Both the position numbers and the translations under genes were made by a program. 64,000 bases of DNA, from positions 159,933 through 223,932 of the forward strand of contig JAZRIQ010000004.1 in assembly GCA_045645405.1 (NCBI GenBank). The letters run 5' to 3'. Numbering within the stretch: the stretch's first letter is position 1; each line of letters starts with the position of its first letter. This document shows, piece after piece, positions 57,034 to 64,000 of the stretch. The stretch is from Eubacteriales bacterium (GTDB taxonomy: Bacteria; Bacillota; Clostridia; Oscillospirales; CAG-272). Below the pieces are notes generated by a model. That model was not told the DNA's origin and ran no database searches. It saw only the letters and a list, made by a program, of their open reading frames with translations.

Positions 57034-59676
57034 TCATTTGTTTTTTATAGATAGTTTGGTAAAAAGTTTAACTAACTCAACGATTGGAATGACAGAAAAA
57101 GCAATTGCAATCGCTATTCCGTATTGAACAAACGTTAATGGAGTTAGTGAAAATACGCTTGAGATTGGTTCGACCGTAACTAACAACGTTGAAAGAATAA
57201 ATGATACTGCGCCAGCCACCCAAAGTATTTTATTTTGATTTTTAATTGTGAAAATCGAGCGTCTGAGTGAACGCATATTAAATGCGTGAAAAACCTCAGC
57301 CATAGACAACGTCATAAATGCCATAGTGGTAGCCAGTAATGCGTTATTATTTGACAAAACGTAGTATCCAAGCGCGTAAGAGATTAAGGTAATAATTGCT
57401 ACTAAAATCCCCTGGTATATCACATTTATTCCAAGACCACCAGCAAATATACTTTCCTTCGGGTTTCTCGGAGGACGCTTCATAATATCATTTTCAGGTT
57501 TTTCCATGCCCAAAGCAATAGCAGGTAAGCAGTCAGTAATTAAGTTGATAAATAATAGGTGTACTGCCTCGAAAACGCGTCCTGTTCCTATTGCAAACAG
57601 TGTTGCGATGAATATTGTAAACACCTCGGATAGATTTGATGCAAGAAGGAATTGAATTGCTTTTCTTATGTTATCATATATTCTTCTTCCTTCACCAACA
57701 GCTGAAACAATTGTCGCAAAGTTGTCATCTGCCAAAATCATATCAGCAACGTTCTTGGTTACGTCGGTGCCTGTAATTCCCATTCCTACGCCTATATCCG
57801 CATTTTTTATTGACGGAGCGTCGTTTACACCATCTCCTGTCATAGCAGTTATTTTACCCTTCTTTTGCCAAGCCTTAACAATTCTTGTTTTGTGTTCAGG
57901 CTGTACTCGTGCATATACGGAATATTTTTCTACAGCTAATTCAAATTCCTCGTCGGAAATCATATCAAGCTCGCTTCCTGTAATTGCTTGATCTGAACTT
58001 GAAATAATTCCTAACTGCATAGCAATAGCAACTGCTGTATCCTTATGGTCACCGGTTATCATAATTGGTCGAATTCCAGCGTTACGGCACTCGTCAATAG
58101 CAGGCTTAACCTCAGGTCTGACAGGATCTATCATACCGACTAAGCCAACAAAACATAATTCGTTTTCAAGCGATTCAGATGAATAATCACTTGGTACACT
58201 ATTTAATACCTTAATACCAACAGCAAGAACTCGTAGTGCTCTATCTGCCATATTTTTATTCGTTTCAAGAGCTTCTTTACGCTTTTGTTCGGTTATTTCA
58301 ATGATTTCACCGTTTTCATAGATTTTTGTACAACGCTTAATTATTTCATCAGGTGCGCCCTTAGTAAACTGTATAATTTCACCGTTTTCGTTCTTATGAA
58401 CGGTAGTCATCATTTTTCGCATTGAGTCAAATGGCACTTCGCCAATTCGAACATAAATATTCTTTTGCTGATTTTTGGACACTCCTACTTTTTCGGCATA
58501 ATTCACAAGCGCACACTCGGTTGGCTCTCCAATTGCTGTATTGGACTCTATATCAAACTCCGCATCAGAGCAAAGTGACATAGCGTTTGCAAGCATTTTT
58601 TCATCATTTGCAAAATGCTCAACAACAGTCATTTTATTTTGAGTAAGTGTTCCAGTTTTATCTGAACATATAATTTGCGCGCAACCTAAAGTTTCTACTG
58701 CTGTCAGCTTTCTTATAATTGCATTTCTATCTGACATTTTTGTAACTCCGATTGATAGCACAATTGTTACAACGGTTGCAAGCCCCTCAGGAATTGCAGC
58801 TACCGCTAACGAAACCGCAAGCATAAACGGATCAATTAACCCGGAGAACGTAATGCTATTCTCCATTTTTATAAGTTCGACAGCAAAAATCACTATCGAA
58901 ATGCCTATAACGATATACGTCAAAATTTTACTTAATTGAGCAAGTTTTATCTGAAGAGGGGTTTTTCCTTCCTTGGCCTGAGATAGTGCATCGGCAATTT
59001 TTCCCATTTCTGTGTCCATACCAGTAGCAACAATTACCGCCTTACCTCTGCCATATACAACCGTACTGCCCATAAAAACCATATTTTTACGGTCACCGAG
59101 AGGAACATCTCCGTTTACACTTGGTGATAATGTATCAGTATGTTTATTGGAAGGAACACTTTCGCCGGTAAGAGCCGCTTCCTCAACCTGCATACTTGCG
59201 CACTCAATAATTCTTGCATCAGCCGGAACTGCGTCGCCTGCTTCTAAAATAATTATATCTCCTACGACAAGATCCTCACTTTTTACAGTAACTTGTTTTC
59301 CGTCACGAATTACTTTTGACATAGCAGAGGATATTTCTTGCAAAGCCTCAATAGCTTTTTCTGCTTTGCTTTCTTGAAGCACACCAAGCGTTGCATTTAT
59401 AATAACAACTGCTAAAATAATTATAGCGTCAACCGGAAAAGCGCCTTCTGAAATTTCCAAAATTCCCGAAACTATCGATGCTATCAAAAGCACAATCGTC
59501 ATAGGCTCGCTAAACTGTTTGAAAAATTTCACTATCAATGATTCTTTTTTGCCTTCTGTAAGCTTATTTTTTCCGTTTTGTTCAAGGCGTGAATATGCTT
59601 CTTTTTCCGAAAGACCGTTAAAAGAGGTTTTTTGTTTATTTAATACCTCTTCGGAACTAATTAAATATTCTTTCAT
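57034..59676 (-). CDS. P-type IIA cation-transporting ATPase (Ca2+-ATPase-like, possibly a Mn2+/Ca2+ exporter)
   Basis: Phosphorylation site CSDKTGTLTQN, TGES, MITGDH, MTGDGVNDAPS, and 10 TM helices. The start at 59676 has an AAAGGAG Shine-Dalgarno. Confidence 0.92.
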   Translation of the reverse strand: MKEYLISSEEVLNKQKTSFNGLSEKEAYSRLEQNGKNKLTEGKKESLIVKFFKQFSEPMTIVLLIASIVSGILEISEGAFPVDAIIILAVVIINATLGVLQESKAEKAIEALQEISSAMSKVIRDGKQVTVKSEDLVVGDIIILEAGDAVPADARIIECASMQVEEAALTGESVPSNKHTDTLSPSVNGDVPLGDRKNMVFMGSTVVYGRGKAVIVATGMDTEMGKIADALSQAKEGKTPLQIKLAQLSKILTYIVIGISIVIFAVELIKMENSITFSGLIDPFMLAVSLAVAAIPEGLATVVTIVLSIGVTKMSDRNAIIRKLTAVETLGCAQIICSDKTGTLTQNKMTVVEHFANDEKMLANAMSLCSDAEFDIESNTAIGEPTECALVNYAEKVGVSKNQQKNIYVRIGEVPFDSMRKMMTTVHKNENGEIIQFTKGAPDEIIKRCTKIYENGEIIEITEQKRKEALETNKNMADRALRVLAVGIKVLNSVPSDYSSESLENELCFVGLVGMIDPVRPEVKPAIDECRNAGIRPIMITGDHKDTAVAIAMQLGIISSSDQAITGSELDMISDEEFELAVEKYSVYARVQPEHKTRIVKAWQKKGKITAMTGDGVNDAPSIKNADIGVGMGITGTDVTKNVADMILADDNFATIVSAVGEGRRIYDNIRKAIQFLLASNLSEVFTIFIATLFAIGTGRVFEAVHLLFINLITDCLPAIALGMEKPENDIMKRPPRNPKESIFAGGLGINVIYQGILVAIITLISYALGYYVLSNNNALLATTMAFMTLSMAEVFHAFNMRSLRRSIFTIKNQNKILWVAGAVSFILSTLLVTVEPISSVFSLTPLTFVQYGIAIAIAFSVIPIVELVKLFTKLSIKNK

Positions 59677-59705
59677 TAAATTTCTCCTTTTGCTTATTAG
59701 AGTAA

Positions 59706-59815
59706 TAAAAAACGACCTATCTGTATTAAACAGATAAGTCTCATCATTTAAAATAAAGCCAGGCAATGCCCTTATGTTGACTTTATTACGAAAACCGTTG
59801 ATTACTCCCTTACAA
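59706..59815 (-). promoter_or_regulatory. yybP-ykoY-like (Mn2+) riboswitch with intrinsic terminator
   Basis: The minus-strand RNA reads UUUGUAAGGGAGUAAUCAACGGUUUUCGUAAUAAAGUCAACAUAAGGGCAUUGCCUGGCUUUAUUUUAAAUGAUGAGACUUAUCUGUUUAAUACAGAUAGGUCGUUUUUU. It has the GGGAGUA and GAGAC conserved loops, the P1 pairing GUAAG/CUUAU and an AAAGUC...GGCUUU helix. The P1 3' strand overlaps the terminator stem (59714-59740). Confidence 0.55.
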
Positions 59816-59819
59816 AATC

Positions 59820-59848
59820 ATATTATCACTTATCCGTTTATTTGTCAA
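59820..59848 (-). promoter_or_regulatory. Sigma-A promoter of the ATPase leader
   Basis: Minus strand: TTGACA (59848-43), a 17-nt spacer, then TAATAT (59825-20). Confidence 0.5.
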
Positions 59849-59885
59849 TAGTTTTGCCAAAAAATTCAAGCTTTATAAATAAAAA

Positions 59886-59911
59886 CTACTTAGCAATTAC
59901 TTGCTAAGTAG
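59886..59911 (-). terminator. Rho-independent terminator after serA
   Basis: Stem ctacttagcaa pairs with ttgctaagtag. The adjacent A-run gives a U-tract on the minus strand. Confidence 0.75.
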
Positions 59912-59986
59912 CTTTTATAAAGAGAGAGAATTTATATCAAAAGCCAATTTTATCACCCTATTGGGCAATTTGACTTTGATAGCATA

Positions 59987-61150
59987 TTAGTAACACTTTA
60001 CTTTAAATACCCCTTCAATAGCCATTACAGTTTTAACGGTATTTTCAGTAATTGGATCGTTCGTTTCAACGATAGTATAAGCAATTTCGCCCTTTGAAGC
60101 GTTTGCCATATTCTCAATATTGGTATTGATTGAAGCAAAAGCGCCTGTTATTCTTGAAAGAACATTTGGTATATTCTTGTGCATTACACAAATTCTATGT
60201 TCAGCAGACACCTCAAGCGCAACATTTGGGAAATTTACGCTATTATGAATATTACCGGTTGAAAGGTAAGCGTCAAGCTGTTTTGCAGCCATAATTGCGC
60301 AGTTATCTTCGCTTTCGTTAGTTGAAGCGCCAAGGTGAGGAATATTTATAATTCCTTCAAAACCTACAGTTTCTTCAGTTGGGAAATCTGTTACATATAC
60401 TGAAACCTTTTTTTCTGCAATAGCATTTTTGATATCAGTTGCATTCACAAGATCCGCTCTTGCAAGATTTATAATCTTAACTCCATCCTTCATTAGCTGA
60501 ATTGAGCTACGACAGATCATATTTTTAGTTTGCGGTGTAGCTGGTACGTGAATTGAAATGTAATCACAGGACTTAAAAATCTCATCATAGCTTGTTGCCT
60601 GCTTGATTGATGGATTTAAGCTCCAAGCAGCTTTAGGTGAAAGATATGGGTCATATCCCATTACATTCATTCCAAGTGCATTAGCAGCATTAGCTACCAT
60701 ACCGCCGATAGCACCTAAGCCTACTACACCAAGAGTTTTTCCTACCAATTCGTTACCGACATAAGCACCCTTGCCCTTTTCGACAAGCTTGGCAACGTTT
60801 TCTTCACCCTTAAGAGTTTCAGCCCATTTAATACCACCAACTACATTTCTCGCTGCTAAAACCAATGCACAAACCGCTAATTCCTTTACACCGTTTGCGT
60901 TTGCACCTGGAGTATTAAATACCACTATTCCTTTTTCAGTACATTTATCAACCGGAATATTATTTACACCTGCTCCGCATCTTGCAATTGCGGATACAGA
61001 TTCTGCAAACTCTATATCGTGTAAAGCAGCGGAACGAACCATAATTGCATCTTCGTTAGTTACTTCGTCTGATACCTCATATTTGCTGCGGTCAAATACA
61101 TCTGTTCCTACCGAAGCAATTTTATTCATCAACTTAATTTTTTTCATCAT
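59987..61150 (-). CDS. serA: D-3-phosphoglycerate dehydrogenase (short form with ACT domain)
   Basis: NAD-binding motif GVVGLGAIGGMVA, catalytic R/E/H blocks (HLGAST), and an ACT-like C-terminus. The start is M1 or M2. Confidence 0.88.
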   Translation of the reverse strand: MMKKIKLMNKIASVGTDVFDRSKYEVSDEVTNEDAIMVRSAALHDIEFAESVSAIARCGAGVNNIPVDKCTEKGIVVFNTPGANANGVKELAVCALVLAARNVVGGIKWAETLKGEENVAKLVEKGKGAYVGNELVGKTLGVVGLGAIGGMVANAANALGMNVMGYDPYLSPKAAWSLNPSIKQATSYDEIFKSCDYISIHVPATPQTKNMICRSSIQLMKDGVKIINLARADLVNATDIKNAIAEKKVSVYVTDFPTEETVGFEGIINIPHLGASTNESEDNCAIMAAKQLDAYLSTGNIHNSVNFPNVALEVSAEHRICVMHKNIPNVLSRITGAFASINTNIENMANASKGEIAYTIVETNDPITENTVKTVMAIEGVFKVKCY

Positions 61151-61157
61151 ACGCCTC

Positions 61158-62243
61158 TTATGCTTTTGGATTATTTTTTGCGAATTCCTTCATAAATTCA
61201 ACTAGCTTTTCAACGCCTTCATACGGCATAGCGTTATAAATTGAAGCTCTCATACCGCCAACTGAACGGTGACCCTTCAAATTCTTCAAGCCATTAGCGT
61301 CTGCTTCTTTTGCAAACTTTTTGTCAAGCTCTGCATCACCTGTTACGAAAGTAACGTTCATCATAGAACGGCTTTCCTTTTCAACAGGAGCAACATAGTA
61401 GCTTTGACTGTCAAGATAATTGTAAAGAAGATTAGCCTTCTTTTCATTCATCTTCTTCATTTCCTCAAGTCCACCAAGACCTAAAATCCACTCATAAACC
61501 AATTTTGCTACGTAAATACAATAGCATGGTGGAGTATTGTACATTGAATCATTATCTGCCATCAATTTATAATCAAGCATTGAAGGAGTGTTTTCTCTCG
61601 CGTTACCTATAAGATCTTCTCTTACAATAACAACGGTAAGACCGGCTGGGGCCATATTTTTCTGCGCACCCGCATAAATCATTCCGAACTTTGAAACATC
61701 AACAGGCTCACTAATTATGCAAGATGACATATCCGCTACTAACGGAATATCACCTGTATCCGGAATGTATGGGAATTTTGTTCCATAGATTGTATTATTA
61801 AAGCAAATATGAACATAGTCTGCATCAGCGCTAAAAGATGATTTATCTGTTTTTGGAACAAAAGAGAAATTAGCGTCTTTACTTGAAGCAACGATTTTTG
61901 CTTCACCATATTTCATAGCTTCCTTCTGTGCTTTGCCGGAAAACTGACCTGATACAATATAGTCAGCCTTTCCTGTTTTCATTAAATTCAACGGAACTGC
62001 AGCAAACTGAGTTGAAGCACCGCCTTGAAGAAAAAGCACCTTATAATTTTCAGGAATATTCATAAGCTTACGAAGTAACGCTTCTGCTTCCTTAATAATT
62101 TCTTCGTAAACAGGGGAACGGTGGCTCATTTCCATAACCGACATACCACTTCCCTTGTAATTAAGCATTTCGCTAGCAGCTGTCTCTAAAACTTGTAAAG
62201 GCAACATTGATGGACCAGCTGAAAAATTGTAAACTCTTTCCAT
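61158..62243 (-). CDS. serC: Phosphoserine aminotransferase
   Basis: YNFSAGPSMLP, and YAGAQKNMAPAG containing the PLP lysine. The start at 62243 has an AAGGAG Shine-Dalgarno. Confidence 0.93.
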   Translation of the reverse strand: MERVYNFSAGPSMLPLQVLETAASEMLNYKGSGMSVMEMSHRSPVYEEIIKEAEALLRKLMNIPENYKVLFLQGGASTQFAAVPLNLMKTGKADYIVSGQFSGKAQKEAMKYGEAKIVASSKDANFSFVPKTDKSSFSADADYVHICFNNTIYGTKFPYIPDTGDIPLVADMSSCIISEPVDVSKFGMIYAGAQKNMAPAGLTVVIVREDLIGNARENTPSMLDYKLMADNDSMYNTPPCYCIYVAKLVYEWILGLGGLEEMKKMNEKKANLLYNYLDSQSYYVAPVEKESRSMMNVTFVTGDAELDKKFAKEADANGLKNLKGHRSVGGMRASIYNAMPYEGVEKLVEFMKEFAKNNPKA

Positions 62244-62496
62244 TTTAAATTTCTCCTTATTAAGCAATTTCTAATATTTTTCAGAGTTTTATTTAAAGTC
62301 AAATTATACTCCAAAAAATAAATATGCACCTATTATACTACTATGATTTTCAAATTTCAAGTGTTTTTTCATATTTTTTGAATAAAATTCAATTATATTT
62401 ATTTTTATTCATCATGCAATGACAAATATGAATATTTGTACGCAATTCGCGAACACATGTATTTGTATTTTGGATTTTAGCAGTGCAAAATTTAAT

Positions 62497-62523
62497 AAAT
62501 CTCCTGCTGCTTGCAGGAGATTT
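62497..62523 (-). terminator. Hairpin terminator after purL
   Basis: Stem aaatctcctgc pairs with gcaggagattt, immediately downstream of the purL stop on the minus strand. The U-tract is weak. Confidence 0.55.
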
Positions 62524-62532
62524 ATGTAGTGA

Positions 62533-64000
62533 TTATTTAAAGAATTTCACAGCGGATTTGAACATCTTGATGTCGTATTCGCCATAAACGTTCTTATAGA
62601 GTCCACCGTCAATACGTTCGGAGTGACCCATCTTACCAAACACACGACCATCAGGAGACGTAATACCCTCAATAGCAAGAGTAGAGCCGTTTGGATTGTA
62701 TTGGATATCGTAGGTAGCTTCTCCGTTTTCATCAACGTATTGAGTTGCAATTTGTCCATTTTCAATAAGCATTCTTATTGTTTCATCATTTGCCAGGAAT
62801 TTTCCTTCTCCGTGCGAAATTGGAACGTTGATAATATCGCCAACGTTACATTCATAGAGCCATGGAGACATATTAGAAGCAATTCTTGTTCTAACTATCT
62901 TGGATTGGTGTCTTGAAATATTATTAAAGGTAAGTGTTGGACAATTTTCATCAGTATCAATAATCTTGCCAAAAGGTACAAGTCCTAATTTAACAAGTGC
63001 TTGGAATCCGTTACAAATACCGCACATTAAGCCACCGCGATTATCAAGAAGGTCTGTAACTGCATCTTTAACCTGCGCGCCACGGAAGAATGCCGTAATA
63101 AATTTACCGGAACCGTCCGGCTCATCTCCGCCGCTAAATCCGCCCGGAATAAATACCATTTGTGATTCCTTAAGCTTTCTCGTAAACTCCTCTGCACTTC
63201 TCTTAATACCTTCAGCACTTAAATTATTGATAACAAAGATTTCACTATCTGCACCCGCATCGTTTACTGCCTTTGCGGAGTCAAACTCACAGTTAGTACC
63301 GGGGAATACAGGAATCAATACCTTTGGCTTTGCTACCTTGATATTTGCACCGAAGCGCTTTTCCGTGTTATAAGAAATCGTCTTTGGCTTTTCATTGTTG
63401 TAAGCAATATTGCATGAAAATACGCTTTCAAGCTTATTTTCATAAGCATCATTAACCTTACAAGCACAAACCGTTTTATTGCCGTATACAAACTCAGTTT
63501 TATCAGTTGTATAACCAAGAGTTGTACCGATATCACAGGTGCAATCAAGCTCGATGATAAATGAGCCATAATTGTAGCCGAATATATCGTTAAGTGACAA
63601 TTCTTCATTAAACTCAAAGCCGTAGCCGTTACCCATAGCCATTTTGCAAATTGCTTCTGCAACGCCACCTATCGTAGGTGTATAGATAGCAAGCGCCTTG
63701 CCTTTTCTTACAATACCTGCAACCTTGTCAAACACCTCAAGAAGCGACTCGATTTTGGGAAGATTATTCTCATCATATTCAGGCTTTAGAAGAACAACCT
63801 TACTTCCTGCTTTCTTAAATTCAGGTGAAGTAATAACATCTATTTTTTCTGTTGTAACTGCAAATGAGATAAGTGTTGGCGGGACATCAAGTTTTTCGAA
63901 AGAACCACTCATTGAGTCCTTACCACCGATTGAACCGATACCCAAATCCTTTTGAGCCTTGAATGCACCAAGTAAAGCAGACATTGGCTTACCCCAACGA
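62533..64000 (-). CDS. purL: Phosphoribosylformylglycinamidine synthase, large single-chain form, C-terminal part (gene continues past the window end)
   Basis: C-terminal glutaminase domain (VLIPVFPGTNCE, GICNGFQALVKLGL, ISHGEGKF) preceded by an AIR-synthase-like domain. The frame is open to the window edge. Confidence 0.9.
   Translation of the reverse strand, partial: RWGKPMSALLGAFKAQKDLGIGSIGGKDSMSGSFEKLDVPPTLISFAVTTEKIDVITSPEFKKAGSKVVLLKPEYDENNLPKIESLLEVFDKVAGIVRKGKALAIYTPTIGGVAEAICKMAMGNGYGFEFNEELSLNDIFGYNYGSFIIELDCTCDIGTTLGYTTDKTEFVYGNKTVCACKVNDAYENKLESVFSCNIAYNNEKPKTISYNTEKRFGANIKVAKPKVLIPVFPGTNCEFDSAKAVNDAGADSEIFVINNLSAEGIKRSAEEFTRKLKESQMVFIPGGFSGGDEPDGSGKFITAFFRGAQVKDAVTDLLDNRGGLMCGICNGFQALVKLGLVPFGKIIDTDENCPTLTFNNISRHQSKIVRTRIASNMSPWLYECNVGDIINVPISHGEGKFLANDETIRMLIENGQIATQYVDENGEATYDIQYNPNGSTLAIEGITSPDGRVFGKMGHSERIDGGLYKNVYGEYDIKMFKSAVKFFK

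Noticed and set aside
62268-62496. A 230-nt region upstream of serC: a possible T-box or other riboswitch
   Set aside because: It is extremely AT-rich, with no T-box sequence (no GGUGGNACCGCG-like element), no specifier or terminator architecture and no stable stems. It contains an 8-bp palindrome (ttcgcgaa), which is too little to call an operator.
1-64000. Scan for CRISPR arrays, rRNA genes, additional tRNAs, IS elements and prophage genes
   Set aside because: No regularly spaced repeats, rRNA-like sequence, further cloverleaf candidates or phage/IS gene content were noticed by eye. A computational scan (tRNAscan-SE, Infernal, CRISPR finders) is still needed to exclude small elements.

Overview
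This is a low-GC chromosomal segment from an endospore-forming Firmicute with Clostridia-like gene order. Most of it is core sporulation and housekeeping DNA. In order: hflX (partial), rpmE, spoIIGA-sigE, an ABC exporter, a complete spoIIIAA-AH operon, comFC-recD2, metK behind a SAM-I riboswitch, spoIIAA-spoIIAB-sigF, tRNA-Leu(CAG), ppa, spoIVB, sigG, murA, yajC, rplS, lepB-rbgA-rnhB, tig-clpP-clpX, mtnN-luxS, plsY-der, sigK, ackA, a P-type ATPase, serC-serA and purL (partial). All four sporulation sigma genes lie within about 54 kb. The main anomaly is a roughly 4.5-kb, visibly GC-richer cassette inside the 3' end of spoIVB. It carries an AraC regulator, an orphan 734-aa glycyl radical enzyme, an SGNH-hydrolase fragment and a radical-SAM activase. 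It is bracketed by 111-bp direct repeats of the spoIVB 3' coding sequence. The cassette supplies a replacement C-terminus and terminator for spoIVB. The original tail is left stranded just upstream of sigG. No recombinase or transposase is visible. The second notable item is a yybP-ykoY-like (Mn2+) riboswitch with a terminator expression platform in front of the P-type ATPase, which by sequence looks like a Ca2+-ATPase. Smaller oddities are a 109-nt nested inverted repeat abutting tRNA-Leu and a 276-bp non-coding spacer inside the spoIIIA operon. No CRISPR array, rRNA, IS element or prophage was seen.
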